Source: Acidimicrobiia bacterium (lineage in GTDB: Bacteria; Actinomycetota; Acidimicrobiia; IMCC26256; JAGNEX01). From it: a stretch of 64,000 nt of DNA. This document shows positions 1 to 9,472 of the stretch, piece after piece. The translations under genes were made by a program, and so were the position numbers. The stretch lies in the NCBI GenBank assembly GCA_018003035.1, contig JAGNEX010000002.1:477-64476 (forward strand), written 5' to 3'. How positions within the stretch are numbered: position 1 is the first letter of the stretch; every line of letters starts with the position of its first letter. The notes below the pieces were generated by a model, which saw only the letters and a program-made list of their open reading frames with translations, made no database searches and had not been told where the DNA came from.

Positions 1-371
1 CGGTCGTCGAGGGTGCTGGCGACCATGCATGTGAGTACATGACCGGCGGAATGGCAGTCATCCTCGGACCGGTGGGATACAACCTGGGCGCTGGGATGAC
101 TGGTGGTGAGGCGATGATCTACGACCCGCAGCGGACCCTTGACACCCGCCTCAACGCACAACTGGTTGAGAGTCGGCGCCCGTCCGATGAGGCGGTCGCT
201 CGGTTGCGCTATCTCATTGAGGAGCACGTCCGCCTGACCGGTTCGGTCAAGGCAAGCGCCATGTTGGCCGGCTGGGCAGAGGCTGTTGAGCACTTCCGCT
301 GGGTGGTGCCTGTCGGCCGCGTTGCAGCGATTGAACGGAGCAACGAAGGTTCGGTCACCTCGGCGGCGTGA
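1..371 (+). CDS. gltB: glutamate synthase large subunit, C-terminal fragment (5' end outside window)
   Basis: The ORF is open to the left edge (in frame from nt 3). The tail MTGGMAVILGPVGYNLGAGMTGGEAMIYDP is the GXGXG beta-helix C-terminal domain typical of GltB. Stop at 369-371. Confidence 0.85.
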   Translation, partial: VVEGAGDHACEYMTGGMAVILGPVGYNLGAGMTGGEAMIYDPQRTLDTRLNAQLVESRRPSDEAVARLRYLIEEHVRLTGSVKASAMLAGWAEAVEHFRWVVPVGRVAAIERSNEGSVTSAA

Positions 372-428
372 CGTCACAAAGCCAGGGCGACTTTGTCGTC
401 CGCGGCTTTGGTAATCGTCGAGAGACAT

Positions 429-480
429 GAGAGAGGGGGCCAGCATCTCGTTTGCTGGCCCCCTCTCTTGTGCTCTTATG
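429..480 (+). terminator. intrinsic-terminator-like hairpin after gltB
   Basis: Perfect 15-bp GC-rich stem gagagggggccagca (431-445) / tgctggccccctctc (453-467) with a 7-nt loop, followed by T-rich ttgtgctctta. It lies about 60 nt after the gltB stop. Confidence 0.7.
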
Positions 481-1153
481 AACACGCTTCACTTCGGAAT
501 TTCCGGAGACATCTTCTAATGCTGGTCGTCCCCGACCGCGTGGTCCTCGCCGCCGCTCTCGCTCGGAGACTGCCCCGAGGCGTCCCTGGCGGGAGCGCTT
601 TCGGCGCCGTTCCCCAGACGGTCTACGTCTCGCAGGTCTGTTGGCCGCAGGCTGGCTTTGTGAGTTTGGTCACCTATGGGTGCGAGGCACCACCGAAGTC
701 TCGATCCAACGCTCAACGTTTCTGAGTTCGGTCTTCTCGAGCTTGGGGGCACTCGACACGCATGTTGCGTGCTCGCCAATGCGGTACGGCTACTGCTTGT
801 CCGACGTCCGAAGTGGTCCGTATTTCATAAGTCCGTAGGCGGATCCCGCTCCCTTGATCTGGGATGTTCTGTAAATCTGGTCAACTTCCGCCTCCTTGTG
901 GAATCGGGTTGAATTGGCTTCCCGGAATCGGTCAGCGCACAGAACAACCGAAGGGTTTTACCCCTCTGAGCTGGTGTTTCCCGCTCACGTCTCAACATTG
1001 TGGCCACTGCTCGGACCTATAGCAAGGCGTTAAGCCCGACTTCGCCATGATCTATCAAGCAGAAGATATCAATCGGTTGCAGTGATAGCTGAGGGCGCCC
1101 GCGACGGTGTTGGCGTTCGATGAAAACTTGGTGGTAGCGCCCCCGGAACGGGG

Positions 1154-1561
1154 CTAGGCAGCTTCGGGGTCTGGGGGTCCTGGCTCGCCGTCGGCGATCC
1201 AGGTTGAGATGACTGCCTCACACGCCATGACGAGTCCCGCAACGTTTGGATATCCGGCGTAGGGCGCCAACATGATCAGCGTCTCGCGCAGCTCATCGGG
1301 CGTTAGTTCCCCGTTTCGCAGCGACGCCCGTGCCTGGATCTTCCAAGTGTCGACTTGGCCGTGCGCCGCAATGACTCCCATGATCAACAAGCGTCGGGAA
1401 CGGATGTCGAGCACGTCGCGGTCCCAAACCTCTGCGAACAGAGTGCGCAACATGACGTCATTGAACGGGATCAGGCCCTCGGGCAAGTCCACGACGTCGC
1501 CCGCATAAACCTCGCGAATCTTGGCGCGGCCCCGCTCGTGACTCGATGATGTTGGTTCCAT
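1154..1561 (-). CDS. carboxymuconolactone decarboxylase (CMD/AhpD-like) family protein
   Basis: Only the last 135 aa of the 443-aa track ORF look like protein (MEPTSSSHERG...RSRRLLIMGVIAAHGQVDTWKIQARASLRNGELTPDELRETLIMLAPYAGYPNVAGL), which is the CMD-family pattern. ATG confirmed at 1561-1559. Confidence 0.75.
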   Translation of the reverse strand: MEPTSSSHERGRAKIREVYAGDVVDLPEGLIPFNDVMLRTLFAEVWDRDVLDIRSRRLLIMGVIAAHGQVDTWKIQARASLRNGELTPDELRETLIMLAPYAGYPNVAGLVMACEAVISTWIADGEPGPPDPEAA

Positions 1562-1722
1562 ATCGACAGATGCTCCCTGGCTCGTCGTGCGGCGATACGC
1601 GGCGCGAATTGGCGGTAGCGGCCGGTCGGCCGGCCGAACAAGCAGCGGCGCCGAGGTTAGCGCCGATCTATCGGTATCGGTTTTGGCCGCTGAGCGTCGG
1701 TGGTTTCGGCTCCAACGTGGGG

Positions 1723-2571
1723 TCAGAGCGACCGGAGGAGCGCACGCTGGGTCACGCTCGCTACGAAGGTGCCGTCTTCGCTCCACATGTAGAGGACGCC
1801 GCTTGCTAAGCCGTTCGACACGTCGGTGCACGTCGAGTCGATACCGATCCAGGTGCCGCGGGTCGGCGCACAGATGTCGATGCTGATCTGGAGTGAAACG
1901 CTCCCAATCGGCCGGTCGCCGCTGCCGAGCGCCACGGTCAACGCGGTGCCCAGGGAGTCGCCGGGAATGCACAGGAGTGCCGGATGCCAATGCTCGTTCG
2001 GCGGCGCCGGCGGATCGGTAAATCGAAACCACACCGGCAAACGGGGAACCTCCCCTTCGCTTGGTTGGGCAGGGATCTGCGCGGCAGCGGTCCGCCACTG
2101 GGTGTTGTCGAGGAATGCGAGCGGATACGGCGACTCTTCGCCGGAACGGGGTTGCGGTGCCGGTGGCGGACCCAGCAGTTCTGGGGGTTGGCGCAGAGGT
2201 TTGACGGTGGGACCGTCTATCGCCGGGTCGGTAAACACGGCGGTGACCACCACATTCGGCCCCGCCGATCCAGAACCCGGTGCGATGAGCTTGCCGAGCA
2301 CTTGGGCGCCTCGTCGTCCGCTGCGGAGCACTTCGACGTCGGTAGTCACCGGGCCACAGGGGACAGGTTTGCAGAACGTGGCGGTGGCGCTCGCAAGACT
2401 CAAATCTGGACGATCCAGCACCTGCTGCATGGCCCGGAGAGCCGCCGCCATCACAACACCCCCTTGCGCGAACACCAAGCCCCACGCGTCGGTGATCACA
2501 GACCGCATGCGGGTCGGATCATCGGGGTCTTGCACCGGCTCGGTGTCGGTCAAGATGTTTGCCGGTGCCAT
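1723..2571 (-). CDS. acyl-CoA thioesterase-like (TesB / 4HBT_3-type) family protein
   Basis: The translation from MAPANILTDTEPV (ATG at 2571) has a double hot-dog thioesterase-like layout (DAWGLVFAQGGVVMAAALRAM ... VEVLRSGRRGAQV ... WFRF ... SLQISIDI). The upstream 38 codons of the track ORF are Arg-rich and unlikely to be coding. Confidence 0.55.
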   Translation of the reverse strand: MAPANILTDTEPVQDPDDPTRMRSVITDAWGLVFAQGGVVMAAALRAMQQVLDRPDLSLASATATFCKPVPCGPVTTDVEVLRSGRRGAQVLGKLIAPGSGSAGPNVVVTAVFTDPAIDGPTVKPLRQPPELLGPPPAPQPRSGEESPYPLAFLDNTQWRTAAAQIPAQPSEGEVPRLPVWFRFTDPPAPPNEHWHPALLCIPGDSLGTALTVALGSGDRPIGSVSLQISIDICAPTRGTWIGIDSTCTDVSNGLASGVLYMWSEDGTFVASVTQRALLRSL

Positions 2572-2707
2572 TGCCGTCCTCCCTGAGGTCTGGGTGAAGC
2601 CTGCGCGAGTGTGGGGCGGACAAAATCGTCCACCCCACACTCGGTTACCTGATTGCCGGACCCGTACGACCTCCCCGGGTCGCACGGCGAACGTCTTCGA
2701 TCGCTTG

Positions 2708-4825
2708 TTAGATCATCGCTGGTGCGAACACCAAGGAGACGACCGTCATCACCTTGATCAGGATGTTCATGGACGGTCCAGAGGTGTCCTTGAACGGGTC
2801 GCCGATGGTGTCGCCGACGACGGCTGCCTTGTGGGCGTCTGAACCTTTACCGCCAAGGTGGCCCGCCTCGATGTACTTCTTGGCGTTGTCCCATGCTCCA
2901 CCAGAGTTCGACATGTAGATCGCCAACAAGAAGCCGGTGACGAGCGCCCCAGCGAGGAATCCGCCGAGCGCCTGGACCGAAACGAAGCCGATCCCCAGCG
3001 GAAGGACCACGGCGAGAGCGCCTGGGAGAAGCATCTCGCGAAGGGCTGCGTCGGTCGAGATGTCGACGCACTTGGCGTACTCGCCTTCGACACCAGGGAC
3101 ACCTTCGCGCAGACCGGGAATCTCGCGGAACTGGCGGCGGACTTCCTCGATCATCTTTTGTGCCGCACGTCCGACCGACTCCATGGTCAGCGCAGCGAAG
3201 ACGAACGGGGTGACGCCGCCGATGAACAGGCCGATCGTGACCGGCACATCACTGATGCTGAGGCTGCCGTCAGGGCCGCCTTCAAGGCCAGCGGCAAACG
3301 AGAAGGCCTTGAACAACGCAAGGGCAGTGATGGCTGCGGAGCCGATAGCGAAGCCCTTGGCGACCGCAGCAGTCGTGTTGCCGAGCGAGTCGAGGGCGTC
3401 GGTCACTTCGCGCACCTCGGGCGGCAGTTCTGCCATTTCGGCGATACCGCCCGCGTTGTCAGCAATCGGCCCGTAGGCGTCAACAGCGACCACCACACCC
3501 GTGGTGGCGAGCATGCCGATCGCCGCGAGTGCCACGCCATACAACCCGATGTCCATGACCTCGGCTAGGTCGGGAGCGAACTGCTCGCCCATCCAGTACG
3601 AGATACCGATGGTGAGGGCAACCAACAAAACCGCCGGTGCAGTAGAAAGGTTGCCCTTGGCAATTCCGCTGATCACGACGGTCGCCGGACCTGTTTCGGC
3701 GTTAGCCGCGATGTCCTTGACCGGCGGGTAGTGGTCGCTTGTGAAGTACTCAGAGGTGAAACCGATCGCCCAGCCAGCAACCATCCCCAAGATGACAGAC
3801 CCGCCGATGAACAGCGGCTTTACTTCGCCCACATCGTCACCGGAGAACAACATGAACGCCCCGATGAGCGTGCCCACCGTGGTGAGCCCCATCGCGACGT
3901 ACTGACCGCGGTGAAGCTGAGCCGACAAACTCCCGGTCCCGCCTCGCACCATGAGGGCGCCGATGACCGAGGCCACCATTCCAATGGCGCCAATCAACAG
4001 TGGGAACAAGAAGTACGGCTCGGTCGCTTTTTGTACGAGCCGAGCAGTGTCGTCGACGTCGATGCCGCCGGCGTTGGCGAACAAAAGGGCCACAAGGGTC
4101 ATCGGGGCAAACAGCGAGCCCGCGTAGCTTTCAAAAAGGTCGGCACCCATACCGGCAACGTCGCCCACGTTGTCGCCCACGTTGTCGGCGATCGTGGCGG
4201 GGTTGCGGGGGTCGTCTTCGGGAATTCCTGCTTCGACCTTGCCCACCAAGTCCGCACCGACGTCAGCGGCCTTTGTGTAAATACCCCCGCCGATACGAGC
4301 GAACAGGGCGATCGAGGATCCACCCAACCCATAGGCCGCGATCACCGCAAAGGCGTCATCGACTTCGAGGACCTTGACAAAAATGATGTAGCAGAGCGCA
4401 ACGCCCAGCAGGCCAAGACCTGCGACGGCGAAACCCATCACCGCGCCGCCTCGGAAGGCGAGGGGCAGTGCCTTTTGGGAGCCTTCCCGCGCCGCTTGCG
4501 TCGTGCGGACGTTGGCTGCTGTGGCGATCCGCATACCTACGTACCCGGCCAACGCCGATGATGCAGCACCCATCAGGTAGGCGACGCCGCCGTAAATGTG
4601 GGTGTCGATAAAGATCGACATCACGACGAACATCACGAGGACGAACACCGCGACCCAGGTGTACTCCCGCTTGAGGAAGGCCATGGCGCCGTCACGAATG
4701 TTTGCAGCGATCGACTGCATCTTTTCGTTGCCCGGATCGGCTGCCAACACGATTTGCCTGAAGTAGACCGCCAGGCCCAACCCGAGCAAGGCAGTCGCTA
4801 TTGCGAAATATGGAACTGCGCCCAA
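2708..4825 (-). CDS. hppA: membrane-bound proton/sodium-translocating inorganic pyrophosphatase
   Basis: Diagnostic motifs are present: [55 protein letters not shown] and [12 protein letters not shown]. It has many TM segments. The proposed start is TTG at 4825, preceded by aggagggg, giving the usual N-terminus ([18 protein letters not shown]...). The track ORF extends to 5059, but that stretch would overlap the divergent nuclease gene. Confidence 0.9.
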   Translation of the reverse strand: MGAVPYFAIATALLGLGLAVYFRQIVLAADPGNEKMQSIAANIRDGAMAFLKREYTWVAVFVLVMFVVMSIFIDTHIYGGVAYLMGAASSALAGYVGMRIATAANVRTTQAAREGSQKALPLAFRGGAVMGFAVAGLGLLGVALCYIIFVKVLEVDDAFAVIAAYGLGGSSIALFARIGGGIYTKAADVGADLVGKVEAGIPEDDPRNPATIADNVGDNVGDVAGMGADLFESYAGSLFAPMTLVALLFANAGGIDVDDTARLVQKATEPYFLFPLLIGAIGMVASVIGALMVRGGTGSLSAQLHRGQYVAMGLTTVGTLIGAFMLFSGDDVGEVKPLFIGGSVILGMVAGWAIGFTSEYFTSDHYPPVKDIAANAETGPATVVISGIAKGNLSTAPAVLLVALTIGISYWMGEQFAPDLAEVMDIGLYGVALAAIGMLATTGVVVAVDAYGPIADNAGGIAEMAELPPEVREVTDALDSLGNTTAAVAKGFAIGSAAITALALFKAFSFAAGLEGGPDGSLSISDVPVTIGLFIGGVTPFVFAALTMESVGRAAQKMIEEVRRQFREIPGLREGVPGVEGEYAKCVDISTDAALREMLLPGALAVVLPLGIGFVSVQALGGFLAGALVTGFLLAIYMSNSGGAWDNAKKYIEAGHLGGKGSDAHKAAVVGDTIGDPFKDTSGPSMNILIKVMTVVSLVFAPAMI

Positions 4826-5009
4826 TGCCCCTCCTGAAACAGCGCCTGTCGATGGATTCGGCAGGCGTAGATGGTGTTTGCCGGGGAATGTTTTGCGTTC
4901 TTTGCAGGCCGCCCCGGCGTCTCCGCCGCACGGGAGGGTAGCGCGGAACCCTTGTGACTGCGACCTGGCGTCGTCAAAACGACTCGCAGTTCTGCTATGT
5001 TCCGCCGCC

Positions 5010-5519
5010 ATGACGCCCACCCGGGTGGTCGCGACGGTGATCGTCGCCGCTGCCATCATGGGTTGGGTGGTAGCGGTCGGTCGCGGTGACCCACTTCACG
5101 ACGACAAACCAATCATTGGACGCATCCAGGCGCACGTCGTCGACGTCGCGGATGGCGACACGATCGACATCGAGTTCCGTGGCGACGTGCACACCGTTCG
5201 GCTTCTGGGGATCGACACTCCCGAGACGCACCATCCGACGAAGCCGGTCCAATGTTTCGGGCCCGAAGCCAGCGAATTCACGACTCAGGTGTTGCTGGGG
5301 CAAACGGTCGAACTCGAGTTCGACCAGCAGCGACGCGATGCCTATGGGCGTCTGCTTGCCTGGGTCTGGCTCGACGGCGAACTCTTCAACAAAACCGTCG
5401 TCAGCGTTGGGAATGCTCGACTGCTGCTCATCCCACCAAACCTCGCCCACGGGCGCACCCTGTTGAAGGCCCAGCAGCTCGCAATCTCAACCGGCGTCGG
5501 TCTGTGGGCCGCATGTTGA
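5010..5519 (+). CDS. thermonuclease (staphylococcal nuclease, SNase-like) family protein with N-terminal membrane/signal segment
   Basis: VVDVADGDTIDIEF...VRLLGIDTPETHHP...GPEASEFT...DAYGRLLAWVWL matches the SNase fold signature. The hydrophobic N-terminus MTPTRVVATVIVAAAIMGWVVAV starts at ATG 5010. Confidence 0.8.
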   Translation: MTPTRVVATVIVAAAIMGWVVAVGRGDPLHDDKPIIGRIQAHVVDVADGDTIDIEFRGDVHTVRLLGIDTPETHHPTKPVQCFGPEASEFTTQVLLGQTVELEFDQQRRDAYGRLLAWVWLDGELFNKTVVSVGNARLLLIPPNLAHGRTLLKAQQLAISTGVGLWAAC

Positions 5520-5533
5520 CCCAAAGCGCGGTC

Positions 5534-7534
5534 CTACCCACCGGTCGATTGTCGTGCCGGGGTCCCTCGGCCTTCGCTGATGCAGTCGAGCAGCTCAGAG
5601 CCGAATGCCAACCGTCTGGGGGTGTCATCGGCCAGAACCACGGCAAGTTCCTTCTCGTCGCGAGGCATTTCGTCGGCCAGTCGGCGAAGCGTCCCCGCGG
5701 GAAGGATCGATTCCTCGGGGACTGCCAGGATCCGTGCTTTTGCTGTTCGCCAGCGCCGCAAAGAACGGGCCGTACGGGCGCTGAGCTGTTGGTCGGAAAC
5801 AGGTTTCAGCGGGCGCTGGACCTGGGTGGGAGCTGTGGGGCGTTCAAGGACCGCAAGCGCATCGACAGCGACCGCTATCGGATCGAGGTAGGGGCTTGGT
5901 TCGGACTTGCGAAACCTGGAGCCTCGTTTGCGGCGCTTGGCCCAACTGAGCGACAACTCGCGGCGCGCCCGAGTGAGGGCTACGTAACAGAGGTTCCGTT
6001 CTTCCTGTGCTGCCCGGATGTCCGAATCGCTGCGCAACGGTACGAGGCCGTCCTCCATTCCCGTGATCCAGACCCGATCCCATTCCAGACCTTTGGCGCG
6101 GTGGAAGCTCGTCAATGTGACGGACTCGCCAACCCGAACCATGTCCTGAGACATCGCGACGCGTAAGGAACCCTCCAGGCCGCTGAGGGTGGCTGTCGGA
6201 CCTTCGACGCGGACAAACCATTCGGCATGATCAAAAACCTCCGCGAGTACAGAACGCTCAGCTTTGGATCCAATCAGTTCGCGCGTCTCGCGCAGGTGGT
6301 GCTTCAGCGGGATGCGGGGAGCCGTCTTGACGTTGTCGCTGAGCAATGCGAGCGCGTCGGCAACGGCCGGGTGATCGAGCAGCATGCGAGGTTCATGTAC
6401 CGGTACACGAGCGCGGGCCAGCGCGTTTGACAGGACGTCGCTTTGTGCGTTCGTGCGAAAAAGGACAGCCATGTCGCGTGGACGGGCGCCGACTCGCATG
6501 GCCGCGGCGATCTCTTCAGCAACGCCTTGCGCTTCGGTCTCATCATCGGGGTAGACATGGATCTTGGGGACAGGTCCAGGGGGAGCGTCAAGCGCCGCGA
6601 CCGGGATCGTCCCGGGGGCCTGCCCAAACGCCAAACCTGCGGGGGAGCGGCGCGCCGGGTCGACGATGGCAGCAGCCACCGTTAGAACCTCGCGGGTTGA
6701 CCGATGTGACCGGGCCAGGGTGACCTGGGTTGCTCCCGGAAACCAGGCGTCGAACCTGGTCAGAAACTCGGGTTCTGCACCGTTCCAGCCGAAGATCGCC
6801 TGGCCTGGGTCGCCGACCACGACGAGTTCTTTGCGGTCGCCGACCCATGCCTGAAGGAGGCGCAGTTGGGTGAGGGTGACGTCCTGGAACTCGTCAACAT
6901 AAAAGGATCGGAAGCGCCAGCGCTGCCCGGCGGCGAAGTCGCTGTCTGTGGAGATCGCCTGAGTGAGTCGAATCAGTAGGTCGTCAAAGTCGAGTAGACC
7001 GCGCTTGCGTTTCTCTTGTTCGTACCGCTCGAACCAGCGTGCCACGTGTCCCGGGGCCAGTCCCGGCCGCGGCTCGGCATTCTGTCGGTACTCGGCAGGG
7101 CTGAACGACCGAGCTTTTGCCCAGCCGATCTGCTGGCTCGCGGAGCGCAAGGCCTCTTTGGGCACGAAGTCTGCAAGGAGCCGTTCGCGTCGTTCGAGCA
7201 GCTGGGGAAGTTCCCATTTCCGGTCGTCAGCCCACCGCCGCAGCTCGGCAAGGGCAAGGGCGTGAAATGTTCCGACGGTCGGCCCGTCGCCGAGCCCTGC
7301 TTTTCGGAGCCTTGAACCAAGTTCGCCCGCAGCTTTGCGAGTGAAGGTGACCGCCAATACACGGCTCGCGGCGACGCGACGCTCGCCGACGTCGTGTGCA
7401 ATGCAGTGGGTCAGCACGCGGGTCTTGCCCGAACCGGCGGGCGCGATGATGACCAGAGGGCGCTGTTCGGCGGTTACCGCTCGTCGCTGATCCTCGTCGA
7501 GAGGTCCTAGCGAGTTCTGATCGATCTTGACCAC
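5534..7534 (-). CDS. UvrD/PcrA-family ATP-dependent DNA helicase with HRDC-like C-terminus (UvrD2-like)
   Basis: Walker A IIAPAGSGKTRVL, motifs VDEFQDVT, FRTNAQS and VTLTSFHRAKGLEWDRVWI. The C-terminal ~80 aa (LRRWRTAKARILAVPEESILPAGTLRRLADEMP) resemble an HRDC domain. Confidence 0.85.
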   Translation of the reverse strand: MVKIDQNSLGPLDEDQRRAVTAEQRPLVIIAPAGSGKTRVLTHCIAHDVGERRVAASRVLAVTFTRKAAGELGSRLRKAGLGDGPTVGTFHALALAELRRWADDRKWELPQLLERRERLLADFVPKEALRSASQQIGWAKARSFSPAEYRQNAEPRPGLAPGHVARWFERYEQEKRKRGLLDFDDLLIRLTQAISTDSDFAAGQRWRFRSFYVDEFQDVTLTQLRLLQAWVGDRKELVVVGDPGQAIFGWNGAEPEFLTRFDAWFPGATQVTLARSHRSTREVLTVAAAIVDPARRSPAGLAFGQAPGTIPVAALDAPPGPVPKIHVYPDDETEAQGVAEEIAAAMRVGARPRDMAVLFRTNAQSDVLSNALARARVPVHEPRMLLDHPAVADALALLSDNVKTAPRIPLKHHLRETRELIGSKAERSVLAEVFDHAEWFVRVEGPTATLSGLEGSLRVAMSQDMVRVGESVTLTSFHRAKGLEWDRVWITGMEDGLVPLRSDSDIRAAQEERNLCYVALTRARRELSLSWAKRRKRGSRFRKSEPSPYLDPIAVAVDALAVLERPTAPTQVQRPLKPVSDQQLSARTARSLRRWRTAKARILAVPEESILPAGTLRRLADEMPRDEKELAVVLADDTPRRLAFGSELLDCISEGRGTPARQSTGG

Positions 7535-8012
7535 GTGTCGGACCCTTCAAGGTTCCGGCGAACATCCCTGGACGCTCGGCCGTGCCGTGGAGCCGCCAGC
7601 ACGGGCATGCAGGCCTGTCAGCTGCCCGGTATGTGGCTCGCGAGACCTGGGCCCGAGGCCCGAAATCGGTCGTCGTGCGGCGTCTGATTATGACCCGCAC
7701 CCATGCACATGCCTAGCCGCGCACGGCTGTGTCCTGCGGCGAGCTCGCGCCGAGTTCGCAAAACGATGTGTCTGAGGAGACGTTTTGTTTCGCTGACTGA
7801 CCCTACGGATGTGACTGATGGCGTTCGATAGCGCTTGTGTTGTCGCTGCGCAAGCAATTCCGGTGAAAACTTCGGCTCACCTCAGCTAAGTCAACCTTTG
7901 GTTGAGGGTTACCGGTCATAATGGGACCCGCATGAGCGTGTACCCCAATAAGGTCACTCCCGACATGTTGGCTCCCCCAGCTCAACCGTCGCGAACGGCT
8001 GGAATCCGGAAA

Positions 8013-8369
8013 ATGTCAAGAGCGCGATTTGAGAGCCTGGTTGAACAGGCCCTCGACTCGCTGCCGGCCGAAATCATCGTCCATATGGACAATGTCGTCG
8101 TGCTGATCGAAGACTGGCCCACGGCCGACCAACAAGGGTCGTCGACCGAGCCGTTGTTCGGTCTCTATGAGGGGATCAGCCTTCCTGACCGAGACGACGG
8201 TTACATAGGTGCGACGCCAGATGTGATCACCATTTTTCGTGAGCCGATCATGGAAGCCTGTCTCTCAGAAGCGGAATTGAAGCGAGAGATCAAGGTCACC
8301 GTCATCCACGAAGTCGGACACCACTTCGGTATCGACGATGAGCGACTCGATCAGTTGGGATGGGGATGA
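8013..8369 (+). CDS. zincin-like metallopeptidase family protein (Zincin_1/DUF1025-type)
   Basis: The C-terminal HEVGHHFGIDDERL zinc-binding motif and small size are typical of this family. ATG verified at 8013. Confidence 0.7.
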   Translation: MSRARFESLVEQALDSLPAEIIVHMDNVVVLIEDWPTADQQGSSTEPLFGLYEGISLPDRDDGYIGATPDVITIFREPIMEACLSEAELKREIKVTVIHEVGHHFGIDDERLDQLGWG

Positions 8370-8923
8370 CCAGCGAGCCTCTTGGGTCACATCCGGTAGT
8401 CGTCTGGGCTGGCGGCCCGGACCGGCCAGGGATGATCGCCGTCGTAGCCACCATGTTGTACGACGCCGGAGCCAACCTCGAGCACTGCGCCATGACGCAG
8501 CTGTCGGGACAGTTCACGATGGTGATGTTGGTTCAGTCACCGATCTCTGCGGACGATCTTGGAGACCATCTGCGGGCCCGTCTCGCAGAGACACCGTTCA
8601 CCGACCTGTCGATCACTGTCCGGTCCAGGCTGACCGATACCGAATCGTCAACGGCGGGTGCCCGCTACATGGTGTCGGTCTACGGCAAGGATCGGCCCGG
8701 AATCGTCGCCAAAGTGACCACGCTCCTGGCGGCCAACGGCGTCAACGTCACAGACGCGACCACCTCTGTGCTCGACGCCGGTGAGTCCGTGTACGCACTC
8801 CTCCTCGAAGTGGTAGTACCCGTCGGAGTCGACCCCGACAGCCTTGCTCGGACACTCGACGAAACAGCGGCTGATCTGGGCGTTGACGCTTCGATACGAC
8901 CGATCGACGTGGACGTTTTCTGA
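8360..8923 (+). CDS. tandem ACT-domain protein (GcvR-like)
   Basis: Two repeats of the ACT pattern are present (GPDRPGMIAVVATMLYDAGANL and GKDRPGIVAKVTTLLAANGVNV). It overlaps the preceding gene by 10 nt. Confidence 0.65.
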   Translation: MGMTSEPLGSHPVVVWAGGPDRPGMIAVVATMLYDAGANLEHCAMTQLSGQFTMVMLVQSPISADDLGDHLRARLAETPFTDLSITVRSRLTDTESSTAGARYMVSVYGKDRPGIVAKVTTLLAANGVNVTDATTSVLDAGESVYALLLEVVVPVGVDPDSLARTLDETAADLGVDASIRPIDVDVF

Positions 8924-8929
8924 GCTGTC

Positions 8930-9433
8930 ATGGCCGTCTGTCCAGTCCGATTGCTGCCCGATCCGGTTCTTAAGCAGGCTGCGCAACCATTCGAGTCCAT
9001 CGATGACTACGCGCGCTCGGTCGGGCAAGACCTGCTCGACACCATGAACGACGCTGACCACAGCGTCGGCATCGCCGCCCCTCAGATCGGCCTATCCGTC
9101 CGGGCATTCGCGGTCGATGTGACCGGACACCCCAAAGCCGACTCGTGCCACGGCTCGTTCGTGCTGTTCAACCCGGTACTCATCCTGGCGCGCAACTACG
9201 TCGTCGGGCGCGAAGGGTGCATGAGCGTTCCGGACCTGACCGGCAATGTTGCCCGAGCGACCGAAGTGGTGGTCCAAGGCCACGACATGGACGGACGGCT
9301 CAGAACGATCGAAGCCAATGCCTTTGAGGCGCGGGCGCTTCTCCACGAACTCGATCACGTCGACGGCATGCTCTTTTTGGACCGGGTCGCGTCGCTGTCT
9401 ACCGACGTGTTCCGGCGACGCCGCTACCGGTGA
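8930..9433 (+). CDS. def: peptide deformylase
   Basis: All three deformylase motifs are present: GIAAPQIG, EGCMSVP and HELDHVDG. Confidence 0.95.
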   Translation: MAVCPVRLLPDPVLKQAAQPFESIDDYARSVGQDLLDTMNDADHSVGIAAPQIGLSVRAFAVDVTGHPKADSCHGSFVLFNPVLILARNYVVGREGCMSVPDLTGNVARATEVVVQGHDMDGRLRTIEANAFEARALLHELDHVDGMLFLDRVASLSTDVFRRRRYR

Positions 9434-9472
9434 CACCGGGTTCCGCCCCGAGTGGCGCGAATCCCCCTCCGA

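Noticed and set aside
480-1150. Search for tmRNA, RNase P RNA, SRP RNA or tRNA in the long spacer after gltB
   Set aside because: I found no GGAAAGTCCGG-type P4 string, no tRNA-like GGTTCGA(A/T)TCC T-arm, no tmRNA 3' end and no SRP GGAA/AGCA loop motif on either strand. The search was by eye only, so a covariance-model scan is still needed.
1154-2485. 443-aa minus-strand ORF from the track
   Set aside because: Only the C-terminal 135 aa (1154-1561) look like a real protein (CMD family). The upstream 300 codons are Arg/Pro/Gly-rich read-through that overlaps the thioesterase-like gene in another frame.
1826-2842. 338-aa plus-strand ORF opposite the thioesterase-like gene
   Set aside because: Its composition is Ser/Arg/Gly/Pro-rich with no motifs. 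It is the typical antisense shadow ORF of a high-GC genome.
7527-7775. Is the 82-aa Cys-containing ORF a WhiB-like protein?
   Set aside because: It lacks the WhiB C-X(n)-C-X2-C-X5-C spacing and the G[VI]WGG turn. Its third-position G/C bias is only moderate, and its start overlaps the helicase start. I therefore did not call it as a gene, though it is mentioned in a finding.
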